A DNA stretch of 64,000 nucleotides from assembly GCA_963745035.1 (NCBI GenBank), contig CAVUVW010000013.1:512001-576000 (forward strand), written 5' to 3'. The stretch is from an uncultured delta proteobacterium. Its GTDB lineage: Bacteria > Desulfobacterota > Binatia > UBA9968. A program made the position numbers and the translations under genes. Below the pieces are notes generated by a model that was not told the DNA's origin, ran no database searches, and was given only the letters and a program-made list of their open reading frames with translations. Below are positions 41,643-50,891 of this stretch, one piece after another (within the stretch, counting starts at the first letter, position 1; each line of letters opens with the position of its first letter).

Positions 41643-42681
41643 TTATCTTGTCGTCCCTAGTTTTTGAAAAAACCCCGCCTTCTCCAGCGCCAGAACGAAA
41701 GAGTTGTCGTAGAAATCGTTCGGATTGGCTTTCGCCGCCTGGGGATAATCCTTCTCGTCCAGGTAGCTGAACCAGACCTGCAGCTGTTCCCGGCGAACGG
41801 TCAGATTCGTGACCAAATAGGGCGCGTAAAACTCATAGGTGTCGTCGAGAACCTTGCCGTCGTCTGTCTTCGTAAATCTGCCGACGGCGCGCTTGGCCGA
41901 TCGCCGGATCGCTTATTGTCCGCGCTACGCCTTCGGCGACGCCTTTCAGGAAGGCCGACACGGTGTTGGGGTTGCTGCTGATGAATTTTTCGGTGAACCC
42001 ATACGCCAGCGGCAAACCCGGAACATTCAGCTTGGCGATATCGACGAGCATGTTCAGCCCGGCATCCTTCGCTTTCAAGGTCGTCGGCGCCGACATCGCG
42101 CCGGCTGACGCTTTGCCGCTGGAAATCGCCGCCAAGATCGCCGGCACGCTTTGCATGTAGAGCAGTTTGTAATCCGTGTCGAAATTCAGCCCATGCCTCT
42201 TGAGCGCTTCTCGGGTGGCGATTTCCAACACGGAACGGGGCGTCGTGCCGGCAAGCATCTTGCCCTTGAGCTGCTGCACGCCGGTGATCTCCTTGGCTGA
42301 CCACAATTGAAACACCAGCTGCGACATCGAGCTGCCGACGAGCTTGATGCGAGCTCCCTGGAGGCTCGCATTCACCAGATCGCCGGCCGCAACCGAGACA
42401 TCCGCAGAGCCCGATACAACCGATTGCACGGACAGCTGCGGATTGAGTTGCTGAAGCTTGACATCGAGGCCGTACTTTTTGAAAAAGCCTGCTTCGTCGG
42501 CGACGAAGACGGGCGTAAACACACCGCTCGCCTGCGGATAAGCGAGCACGAGCTCGACTTTCTCGGGCTTGCCGCCGATATCCGCGGCCGCTCCAACATC
42601 AGCCGCGCCCGAGAGCGCAAGTACAGTGAGCGCCACAACGCGGAGCCCGGCTCGTTGAGCTCGTCTTGCACGTCTATCCAT
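41643..42681 (-). CDS. NMT1/THI5/SsuA-like ABC substrate-binding protein (one +1 frameshift near 41897)
   Basis: AGFFKKYGLDV, LKGK; C-terminus ...ANPNDFYDNSFVLALEKAGFF in the adjacent frame; total length 3n+1. Confidence 0.8.
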
Positions 42682-42727
42682 CCAACACTCCATTTCGTTC
42701 TGCATCACTCCGTCACTCCAGCACTCT

Positions 42728-43264
42728 TCACTTAACGATCGCGTAACAGTGAGAGTCACGCGGTTCCGGACTGATATTCGGATGAACCGACCACCGCCGC
42801 AAAGTACCTTCGAGCTGCATCCCCGCCTTTTCCATGACTCGCGCCGACGCGAGGTTATCGACATCGCACACCGCCCAGATCCGGTAGATGTCCTTCTGCT
42901 TCAACGCCCAGTCAATCAGCTCCTTGAGCGCCTCGGTCATGTAGCCCCGTCCCCAGTAGGCGCGTGCGAGCACGTAGCCCAGCTCCCATTTCTCTTCGCT
43001 CGATCGCGCGATGATCATGCCGATCGCATGCTTGTCCTCGCGCCGCTCGATCGCCCAGTGAAATGCTTTGCCGACGTCCCATGCGAGCAAACACATTCTC
43101 ACGTACTCGCGCGTCTCTTCGATATCGCGGTGCGCGCGCCAACTCACGTATTTGGTGACTTCGGGATCTTGCGCGTACTGGCGAAAGATCGCGTCGGCGT
43201 CGGCCAACTTTACTTTTCTCAGTCGTAGACGATCGGTCTTGAGTGTTTTAGGTGGGTTGATCAA
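42728..43264 (-). CDS. GNAT N-acetyltransferase (RimJ/RimL family)
   Basis: LKTDRLRLR, YWGRGYMTEA, NLASARVMEKAGM. Confidence 0.92.
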   Translation of the reverse strand: MINPPKTLKTDRLRLRKVKLADADAIFRQYAQDPEVTKYVSWRAHRDIEETREYVRMCLLAWDVGKAFHWAIERREDKHAIGMIIARSSEEKWELGYVLARAYWGRGYMTEALKELIDWALKQKDIYRIWAVCDVDNLASARVMEKAGMQLEGTLRRWSVHPNISPEPRDSHCYAIVK

Positions 43265-43336
43265 TCCGTCCGAATCCAGCGAGACTTGATCGCTGATTTA
43301 TAAGGTCACGCCGAAAAATATTCAAGGGAGAGAAAA

Positions 43337-43428
43337 AGGCAGTGAGGCTTAGGCAAGAGGCGAGAGGCAGATCAGGAAGTCAGGTTTGAACGGAGCAAGC
43401 GGTTGAACGGCTGGAGCGTTTGGAACGG
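43337..43428. repeat. degenerate short tandem repeats (AGGCNNG heptamers, GGNTTGAAC nonamers)
   Basis: aggcagtgaggcttaggcaagaggcgagaggcag followed by ggtttgaacggagcaagcggttgaacggctggagcgtttggaac. Confidence 0.6.
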
Positions 43429-43440
43429 TACTCTTCTGAT

Positions 43441-44469
43441 CTATTGTGGCGTGATGATCTGCTTCAGCTTGCCTAGAAGCGCCGGCGGAGTTTTGAGAAT
43501 GCCGTGAACGGTCTTTTCCAGCTCTTCACCCGTGAGCGGGCTGATGTCGAGATTGGCTTTTTCGGCGTCAGCGAGAAATGACGGATCGCTCATCGTCGCC
43601 GTGAACGCCCGGCGCAAGATCTGCACGCTGCTCTTCGGCGTGCCGGGAGTCATCACGAAGGGCCGAGCGATTGCGGCCACATCGTGCGCGCCGATTTGCA
43701 AAAGCTGGCGTGACTCGTCGTTTTTCGCATAGGTGACAGCGAGCGGAACCTTCGGCAGGTCGGGATGCGGCTTCGCCAGCACCTGGAGAATGATCGCGAA
43801 CTCGCCGCTGTCGATTTGCTTTTTCCACAACGAGCGAAAACTTTCCCAGCCGGTGCATAGCCCGTTAAGCTCGTTGCGCTCGATGGCCAAACGCATCTCG
43901 CCGGTGCTCTTGTAGCCGAGCACAAGCTGCATGGGCGCTCCGATGGTCGCCGCGAGTAGCCGTGACGTATCATGTCCGCCGGTGCCCGGCGCCGTCCCTC
44001 CAAGTCGCGGCGGCGTCTTGGCGGCCAGCCATTTTTCAGGACTGTCGATGCCGCCGGCTTTGGGAAAGCCGCAGACGATCTCGACTTTGGCAACCGCCCC
44101 GATGTATTCGAACCGCGCCGAGTCGAAACTGATTTCCTTTTGCCCCATCGCTTGGAGCGGGAAAAGCGAGCCGCTGAAGTGGCCCAAAGTAAGACCATCC
44201 GGCTTGGCGACCTTGTAGAGATAATTCGCCGAGGCGAGACTGCCTGCGCCCGGCATGTTCTCGACCACGAATGCCGGATTGCCAGGAATATGCTTGCCGA
44301 TGTATCGCGCTACCGCCCGTGCATAAAAATCGTAGCCGCCGCCGGGCGCGTAGCCGACGATGAGGCGAATCGTTTTGCCGCTATAGAAATCGTGATTGTT
44401 CGCCTGCGCGGCCGGCGTTACGGCAGTGAAAACGATCATTGCCCAAATGACAATCAGCGCTGGCTTCAT
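43441..44469 (-). CDS. tripartite tricarboxylate transporter substrate-binding protein (Bug/TctC)
   Basis: IVGYAPGGGYD, VENMPGAG, KPDGLT. Confidence 0.92.
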   Translation of the reverse strand: MKPALIVIWAMIVFTAVTPAAQANNHDFYSGKTIRLIVGYAPGGGYDFYARAVARYIGKHIPGNPAFVVENMPGAGSLASANYLYKVAKPDGLTLGHFSGSLFPLQAMGQKEISFDSARFEYIGAVAKVEIVCGFPKAGGIDSPEKWLAAKTPPRLGGTAPGTGGHDTSRLLAATIGAPMQLVLGYKSTGEMRLAIERNELNGLCTGWESFRSLWKKQIDSGEFAIILQVLAKPHPDLPKVPLAVTYAKNDESRQLLQIGAHDVAAIARPFVMTPGTPKSSVQILRRAFTATMSDPSFLADAEKANLDISPLTGEELEKTVHGILKTPPALLGKLKQIITPQ

Positions 44470-44508
44470 CAAGGATTCATATCCGCGCACATCCGACCAA
44501 CCCTTTCT

Positions 44509-44877
44509 AACCACAAAGTGATCCATGAGCTTCGCTCGCCCGCAGACAATCAAAAATAGAAAGTCCCCAGGGCACGATTTTCCCTCCACTCGTCATTCCC
44601 GCGCACGCGGGAATCCAGGTTTGTTTTCGCCGAATTAGCCTGGATACCCGCTTTCGCGGGTATGACGGAACCCACCGCTACCCCGCCAGTTGCTACCATT
44701 CCGCACCCGTACTTCGTGACTTCCGTCGAAAATAACAGGTAGAGAAAGATTTCTCACTTCGTTCGAAATGACAGATGCGTATGCCTAATTGTCATTTCGA
44801 ACGGATGCGAGAAATCTTCTCCGATGTTTTTTCATTATCTGTGGGCGAGCATAAGCTCATGAATCACTTCCGTGGTT
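44509..44877. repeat. nested composite inverted-repeat element
   Basis: Outer IR 44509-44556/44828-44877 encloses REP-like pairs at 44591-44667 and 44745-44818. Confidence 0.85.
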
Positions 44878-44884
44878 GGCGTTT

Positions 44885-45868
44885 TCATCGGCCGCCCAGT
44901 TCCTTCAGCGCCTCCCGCAGATAACTTTGATCGGCGTACTTGGTGGCCTTTGGCACCGGCCCTTTTGACTGCGTTTGCTCCCAGTAAATCTGCGTGACGA
45001 TTTGTAGCCCGTCCACATTAATATCGCCGTCGGGATGCCACGTGCGCGTGGAGCTGTAGAATTCCCAGCCGCGCCGCGCATGCTCGGGCTTGAGCCGCAT
45101 TTCTTTGGCCAGGAAATCGACAGCGGCCTCTTTGTTCTGGTGCATCCAGCGCATGGTTTGCGCCATGGCTTTCATCACGCGCACGACCACGGATCGATTC
45201 TTTTCCGCCCAGGAGCGTTTGGTCGAGAGCGCGGCGAGCTGGTAGTTCGGGATCACGTCGACGAAGCGGCCGATCTCGTTGAAGCCCTGCTCCTCCGCGG
45301 CGTAATTGACCGGCAAAGACAGCGCCGCCGCGTCGATCTGCCCCGCAACCAATGCCGCATAGGTCTGCGGCGTGCCGCCGATCACGAGCAGCTTGTAATC
45401 GCGCGGATACTCGAGCCCCTTGGCTTTGAGCACCTGGCGCAGCGCGAATGTTACCCCTGAGGTAAGACTGATGGCGCCGAAAGTCGCGCCGCGCAGATCC
45501 GCGTAGGTTTTGAACTTCTTCGCAGCCATGATCGACTGGCTAAGGCCGTTGATGATGCCGCCGATAATAACGAGATCGAGCCCTTTCTCCACCGCGGCGA
45601 TCGGCGCGTCGGAAGCGCTGCCGGCGATTTCCAAAGAGCCGCCGGCTAGAGCTTGAACTCCGACATCCGAGGCTCGAATCACCAGCAGTTCGACATCAAG
45701 TCCCTGCCGGTCAAAAAACCCCATCTTCGAAGCGACCCAAAGCGGACCATAGCCCAGTGTTTTAGTAGCGGAACTGATCCGCAGCTTGACTCGTTCCTGA
45801 GCGAGTCCGTAAGCTGGCTGGAGCACAAAAACCGTTAAGAGTACGACGGAAAGTTTTCTCACCATCAT
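44885..45868 (-). CDS. NMT1/THI5/SsuA-like ABC substrate-binding protein
   Basis: Signal peptide, KTYADLRG, GLEYPRDYKLL; close paralog of 55325-56326. Confidence 0.88.
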   Translation of the reverse strand: MMVRKLSVVLLTVFVLQPAYGLAQERVKLRISSATKTLGYGPLWVASKMGFFDRQGLDVELLVIRASDVGVQALAGGSLEIAGSASDAPIAAVEKGLDLVIIGGIINGLSQSIMAAKKFKTYADLRGATFGAISLTSGVTFALRQVLKAKGLEYPRDYKLLVIGGTPQTYAALVAGQIDAAALSLPVNYAAEEQGFNEIGRFVDVIPNYQLAALSTKRSWAEKNRSVVVRVMKAMAQTMRWMHQNKEAAVDFLAKEMRLKPEHARRGWEFYSSTRTWHPDGDINVDGLQIVTQIYWEQTQSKGPVPKATKYADQSYLREALKELGGR

Positions 45869-45906
45869 ACGTTTGTCCTTCCGTGGACTGCGCAGAATCT
45901 TAGCTT

Positions 45907-47121
45907 CTACGTGAGAATTTCTTCTTGGCGCCAGCCATCGATCGTCGCTTGATCATAGCCAAGCAGCTCGCGCAGGATGGAATCGTTGTCGGCGCCGAAG
46001 CGATTGGGCAAGCGCAGCGGTTCCTCGACAGTGCCGCGAAAGGTGATGCCGGCGCGCGGAATTTCGAACGGTCCGATCAGCGAGTCGGCGAAGGAGGCGA
46101 AGTAATCGCGATGACGCAGTTGCGGGTCTTTCAATAAATCCGCGCCGGTCTGCACTACGCCCGCTGGCACGCCTGCCGCCTGTAGTTTGGTCATGACTTC
46201 TTCGGCGGGCCGTGCACGGGTCCACTCTTGAACAATCGCGTCGAGCTCTCGCCGGTGCGCAAGCCGCGATTGAAGGTCCATGAAGCGCGCATCGCTCGGC
46301 AATTCTGCGCGGCCGATGACGCGGCAGAAAGCGCGCCACTCCGCATCGTTACGCACAGAGATCGCGCACCAGCGATCTTCACCTTGGCATGGATAGCAGC
46401 CATGCGGCGCCGCGAGCGCGTAGTGATTTCCTTTCGGCTGCGGATCGTCGCCGTTGACGGATGTCTCGAGGTAGGTCGCGCCAAGGGTGTAAGCGGTTCC
46501 CTCGATCTGCGCCAAGTCGATGGTCGCGCCTTTACCCGTGCGCCGGCTATTCAACAGCGCCGCAACGAGGACCGTCGGTCCCATGACGAAGCCCAGATGA
46601 TCGGGATAGACGCCTTGGCTGCCGATCGGCCGATCCTGCTCGGGATGATTCCAAAGATAGGTCATGCCGGAAAAAGCCGTGAGATTGAATCCCCAGGTAC
46701 CGTAACCGCTTTTCGGCCCTTCGGAGCCGAACCCGGGGAGCTTTACAATCACAAGCTTAGGATTAAATTTTCTAAGCTCGTCGTCGCCTAAACTGAGCTT
46801 ATCCAGCACCCTCGGGCGGAAATTTTGCAGAATTGCATCCGATTTACTCGCAAGCTCCCGGACGAGCTTGGCGCCGGTCGGATGTTTCAGGTTGACGGCG
46901 AAGGAGCGCACCCCGAGGTTGCACTCGATGAATCGCGGCGCCGCGTCGATGTCTTTGTGCTGGCCGTAATGGCGAAACGTATCGAGCCCGCCCTTTTTCG
47001 ACTCGATCTTGATCACTTCCGCACCGTAGCCGGCGAGCAATCGACCGGCATACGGGCCGGCATAGCCGGTGGTGAATGCGAGAATGCGGACGCCTTTTAG
47101 AATTTGACTAGGGGTTTCCAT
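45907..47121 (-). CDS. family III (CaiB/BaiF) CoA-transferase
   Basis: YAGPYAGRLLAGYGAEVIKIE, NFRP, GVYPDH with the putative catalytic Asp. Confidence 0.92.
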   Translation of the reverse strand: METPSQILKGVRILAFTTGYAGPYAGRLLAGYGAEVIKIESKKGGLDTFRHYGQHKDIDAAPRFIECNLGVRSFAVNLKHPTGAKLVRELASKSDAILQNFRPRVLDKLSLGDDELRKFNPKLVIVKLPGFGSEGPKSGYGTWGFNLTAFSGMTYLWNHPEQDRPIGSQGVYPDHLGFVMGPTVLVAALLNSRRTGKGATIDLAQIEGTAYTLGATYLETSVNGDDPQPKGNHYALAAPHGCYPCQGEDRWCAISVRNDAEWRAFCRVIGRAELPSDARFMDLQSRLAHRRELDAIVQEWTRARPAEEVMTKLQAAGVPAGVVQTGADLLKDPQLRHRDYFASFADSLIGPFEIPRAGITFRGTVEEPLRLPNRFGADNDSILRELLGYDQATIDGWRQEEILT

Positions 47122-47132
47122 GGACTCGAATC

Positions 47133-47246
47133 AATTGAGAATTGATAATGGATAATTGAAAACTTTCGGATGAAGCACCTGATTTCTTAAGTCAGCTTCC
47201 ATCTAGTTTTTCATTATCCATTTTCAATTATCAATTATGAATTTTC
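47133..47246. repeat. inverted pair of AT-rich heptamer arrays
   Basis: aattgag aattgat aatggat aattgaa ... ttttcat tatccat tttcaat tatcaat tatgaat. Confidence 0.75.
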
Positions 47247-48428
47247 TAAATCACTTTTTCCGCCGCCAGCACTGCCATCTCATTCGGACTCAATCCTAGC
47301 TCGCCGCATAGACACTTCGTTGTTGTGTTGTCCCAGCAGCGGCGACGGCGACGGTGCCGCACGTCGACCATCCACCATGAACGGAGTGCCGGGTTGCGCG
47401 AATGAACCGAGCACCGGATGATTCACGTTGGCGAAAAAACCCCGCGCCTGGATGTGCGGGTCCTTCATGAAATCCGACGGCGAATTGACCGGCAATCCGG
47501 GGATGCCGTGTTTCTGCATCAATTCCGCCAGATCTTCTTTGAGAAATCTTGACGTAAAGGCCGTCACCTGCGCGTTGATGTAATCGGCGTGCTGCCGGCG
47601 CAGGTTGCTGTTGATCCACTTGGGATCGTCGAGCGCCGGGTCATGATCCGGCCAGACTTTCAGCAGAAGCGGCCAGTGGGTCTGGGTGACAAAGAGAGAA
47701 ATCCAACCGTTCTTGCACTGGAACAGATTGGCCGGCGCATTGTGCTGGTGCTGGCTGCCGGCGCGCTTCATCACACGGCCTTCGGCCGAATAGTTGAACG
47801 CCACGTGCTCGTGCAGCGCCATGCTCGCTTGCACCGAGGCGTCGATCCATGCGCCGATCCCGCGGGTCTCGCGCTGCCAGAGGGCGAGCATGACGCCGTA
47901 CGACGCAAACAAGCTCGCATAGTAAAACGACTGAGTCTCGGGCGGATTGCACGGCGTCATTTTTGGATCGCCGCTGATGTAGAGTAGGCCGCCCATCGCG
48001 TTGCCGATTAAATCCGTAGTTTTGTAATTCGCGTACGGACCATCCTGTCCAAAGCCGCTGACCGACACCAGAATCAACTTGCTCCGTTTTTCGATAAGCG
48101 TCTCGTAACCGATCCCGACTTCGGCGAGGTACCCTGGAGGGAAATCTTCCACGACGATATCCGCACGAGCGACCAGTTCGAGCAATAGCTTCTTACCGCT
48201 CGCTTTCGTAATGTCCAGCGTGACGCTCCGCTTGCCGGCATTGAGATACGCGAAGCGCAAACTTCCCTCCCGATGCGCATGACCTTTGGCGAACGGCGGC
48301 TCACTCCGCGCAAGGTCGCCGCCCGGCGGCTCGACCTTGATCACGTCCATGCCGAAGTCGCCGAGCAGCTTGCCGCAAAGCGCGCCGACGGAAGACGTGA
48401 GGTCGAGGACTCGGTAGCCGGCGAGCAA
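47246..48428 (-). CDS. family III CoA-transferase, second subunit (one +1 frameshift near 47312)
   Basis: RVLDL, DVIKVEPPGGD, NAGKRSVTLD; C-terminus ...GELGLSPNEMAVLAAEKVI in the adjacent frame. Confidence 0.88.
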
Positions 48429-48472
48429 GTTGTAGATTGTGCAGTATCGGTCATAGTGCGCTTCGTTATAGC

Positions 48473-48546
48473 TCGAGGTATCGACGATCGAGGATAGAAT
48501 GATCGCACGAATCGCGATCGCTCAATCCTCTATCCTCTATCACTCG
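48473..48546. repeat. inverted pair of ATCCTCN-type heptamer arrays
   Basis: tcgaggta tcgacga tcgagga tagaatga ... caatcctc tatcctc tatcactc. Confidence 0.55.
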
Positions 48547-48554
48547 ACGCTAAG

Positions 48555-49718
48555 TCACCCTTTGTGATTCTTGATGATGTGCTGCGCCAAACGCCAGCGG
48601 AGAACTTCCGGCGTGCCCTCGGTTATCCGGATGCTGCGCACCTGGCGGTACCACCATTCGAGCGGCAGCTCGCGCATCAGGCCCAACCCGCCGTGCACCT
48701 GAATCGAGCGGTCGACCACACGGCTGGCCATCTCGGCGCATTGTATTTTTGTCATATACGAAAGCTGGCGCACGTCTTCGCCGCGATCGTGCCGCCAGGC
48801 GCACTCGTAGACCATCAAGCGGCAGCCGTGAAGCTCCATCGCCGAGTCTGCGATCATGAACTGGATCGCTTGGCGGTCCGCCAGCGGCCGGCCGAAAGTC
48901 GTGCGGACTTTCGAATACTCGATCATCATGTCCAAAGCACGCGAGGCAATGCCAACCGGCCGCGCACCGTGGCCGCGAATGCGACCTTCCTGAATCCAAC
49001 CTTGCGCGATGGAAAAGCCCTCGCCCTCCTTGCCGATCCGATCCGCCACGGGCACCCGAACGTTCTCGAAATGAATCTGTCCCGGCGTGTCGCCCATCAT
49101 CGTCGGCCATAGCCGCTCCAATGTGACTCCGGGCGCCTTCATGTCGACAATGATGCAGCTCACGCCGCCGCGCGCGCCTTTTTCGGGATCGGTGACTGCG
49201 ATGACCTGCGCGTAGTCCGCGTTCTTCGCCGCGGTGATGAACCGCTTCGTGCCGTTGATCACGTAATGATCGCCGTCGCGCACCGCGCGGGTTTTCATCC
49301 CGGAAGGATCGCTGCCGGCATCCGGCTCGGTTTGCGCAAAGCAAATTCTTTTCTCGCCACGAATGACCGGGAGGAGAAAGCGGGGTTTCTGTTCTTCGTT
49401 GCAATGAAAAAGCACCGGCCGGACTTCCGGCCCGAAGATCGGCGCATAGCGAAACGGAATCGCCACCGTGCGCGCCACCTCTTCCATGATCACGCACCGG
49501 CTCATCAGATCGAGACCCGCCCCGCCGTACTCTTGGGGCACATCGAGCAGCCAAAGGCCGATCGCCTTGGCTTTCTCTTGCAGCGGCTTGATGTACTGCT
49601 CGGGCATATCCTCCCCTTCGGGGCGGCACTCGCGCTCGAGCGGGATCAGCTCGCGGTCGACGAATTTTCGAACCGTTTCTTTTAGAAGCTGTAGCTCCTC
49701 GGGAAGATTGAAATCCAC
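48555..49718 (-). CDS. acyl-CoA dehydrogenase
   Basis: PQEYGGAG, FAQTEPDAGSD, INGTKRFIT, QVHGGLG, RITEGTPE; GTG start at 49718 with GGAG RBS. Confidence 0.95.
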   Translation of the reverse strand: MDFNLPEELQLLKETVRKFVDRELIPLERECRPEGEDMPEQYIKPLQEKAKAIGLWLLDVPQEYGGAGLDLMSRCVIMEEVARTVAIPFRYAPIFGPEVRPVLFHCNEEQKPRFLLPVIRGEKRICFAQTEPDAGSDPSGMKTRAVRDGDHYVINGTKRFITAAKNADYAQVIAVTDPEKGARGGVSCIIVDMKAPGVTLERLWPTMMGDTPGQIHFENVRVPVADRIGKEGEGFSIAQGWIQEGRIRGHGARPVGIASRALDMMIEYSKVRTTFGRPLADRQAIQFMIADSAMELHGCRLMVYECAWRHDRGEDVRQLSYMTKIQCAEMASRVVDRSIQVHGGLGLMRELPLEWWYRQVRSIRITEGTPEVLRWRLAQHIIKNHKG

Positions 49719-49729
49719 CGCTACTCCAT

Positions 49730-49760
49730 TTTGGATTTTTGGATTGCGGATTTTGGATTG
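49730..49760. repeat. TTTTGGA heptamer tandem repeat
   Basis: ttttgga tttttgga ttgcgga ttttgga ttg. Confidence 0.65.
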
Positions 49761-49822
49761 ACGATAAACATCAACCCAAAACCCGAACCCGTTTCGAACG
49801 TTGAACTTTTGGACCCCGAGCC

Positions 49823-50662
49823 TTATTTCGCGTCGCGGTTGTATTCGCCGAGGCCGGGACGGTAGGTTTTCTTGTCGAGGAACTGCTCCATGCCGGTTTC
49901 GCGGCCCTTTTCCGGATCGGTGAGACGGAGCGCCGTGCCTTTCGCGCCCATGTAATCTTCGGCTTGGCCGTAGTCCATCGTACGGCAATATTTGTAGACT
50001 TCCTTCGCCGCGCGCAGCACTGCCGGATTTTTCTTCATCAGTTTCTGCGCCAGACCGATCGTCTCCTCGCGCAACTTCTCTTTCGGCACGGCGTAGTTGA
50101 TGAGCTTCATTTCCGCGGCCTTTTTGCCATCGAACGGATCGCCGGTCATGATGTACCACATGGCGTCGCGGTAACACATCGCATCGGCCAACACGCGGCT
50201 CACCAAACCGCCGGGGAAAATACCCCAGTTCACTTCACTCAATCCGAAAGTAGCGTCCTCCGCGGCAATCGCAAAATCACAGGCGATGAGCGGCGTGAAA
50301 GCGCCGCCGAAACAGAAGCCATTGACCATCGCGATCGTCGGCTTGGGAAAATAGAAAAGCCGCCGCCAGCGCCATTCCTGCGACGCCCAGCTCGCCTTGC
50401 GCCGCTCGAGCGGGTTATTGTCCGTGCCGCGGAAATATTCCCTCAGGTCCTGACCCGCGCACCAGCTCGGTCCGGCGCCTGTGATCACCAGCACTTTGGT
50501 GTCTTTATCGACTTCCAATTCGGTCAGTGCTTCGAGCATGTCGTAGTGGAGCTGCGGATTCATCGCGTTGCGCTTTTCGGGGCGGTTGAGAATGCACCAG
50601 GTGATTCCATCTTCCTTTTCGACTTTGACGGTCTTGTAATCTTTCCATAGAGTTGCTGCCAC
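49823..50662 (-). CDS. ech: p-hydroxycinnamoyl-CoA hydratase-lyase (crotonase family)
   Basis: LNRPEKRNAM, AGQDLREYFR, W.WRRL, GLSEVNWGI, QFLDKKTYRPGL. Confidence 0.85.
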   Translation of the reverse strand: MAATLWKDYKTVKVEKEDGITWCILNRPEKRNAMNPQLHYDMLEALTELEVDKDTKVLVITGAGPSWCAGQDLREYFRGTDNNPLERRKASWASQEWRWRRLFYFPKPTIAMVNGFCFGGAFTPLIACDFAIAAEDATFGLSEVNWGIFPGGLVSRVLADAMCYRDAMWYIMTGDPFDGKKAAEMKLINYAVPKEKLREETIGLAQKLMKKNPAVLRAAKEVYKYCRTMDYGQAEDYMGAKGTALRLTDPEKGRETGMEQFLDKKTYRPGLGEYNRDAK

Positions 50663-50693
50663 GATCCTATACCTCCTTGGGAAATTTGAGTTG

Positions 50694-50723
50694 ACCTTAG
50701 TTGAGCCAAGAACCCGTTGTCAA
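50694..50723 (-). promoter_or_regulatory. putative sigma70 promoter of the hydratase-lyase operon
   Basis: Minus strand TTGACA-N18-TAAGGT about 30 bp upstream of the start; AAGGAGG RBS follows. Confidence 0.45.
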
Positions 50724-50891
50724 GCGAAGCTGCCGCACGGTGATGCGGTCGGACATTCGCGCCGCAGCAATCGATCGAAAAGTGGAGCGCGTCCGCGGCG
50801 AAGCCAGGCCTCAGGCGTGGCGCAGCGGCTCCCGGGAATGATCGCGTATCAATATAATATGGAAGGAAATCGAGAAGCGGCGCTCACGATG

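Noticed and set aside
49719-50177. N-terminal extension of the acyl-CoA dehydrogenase (540-aa ORF)
   Set aside because: Overlaps the hydratase-lyase gene and reads through a heptamer repeat; the real start is GTG 49718 with an RBS
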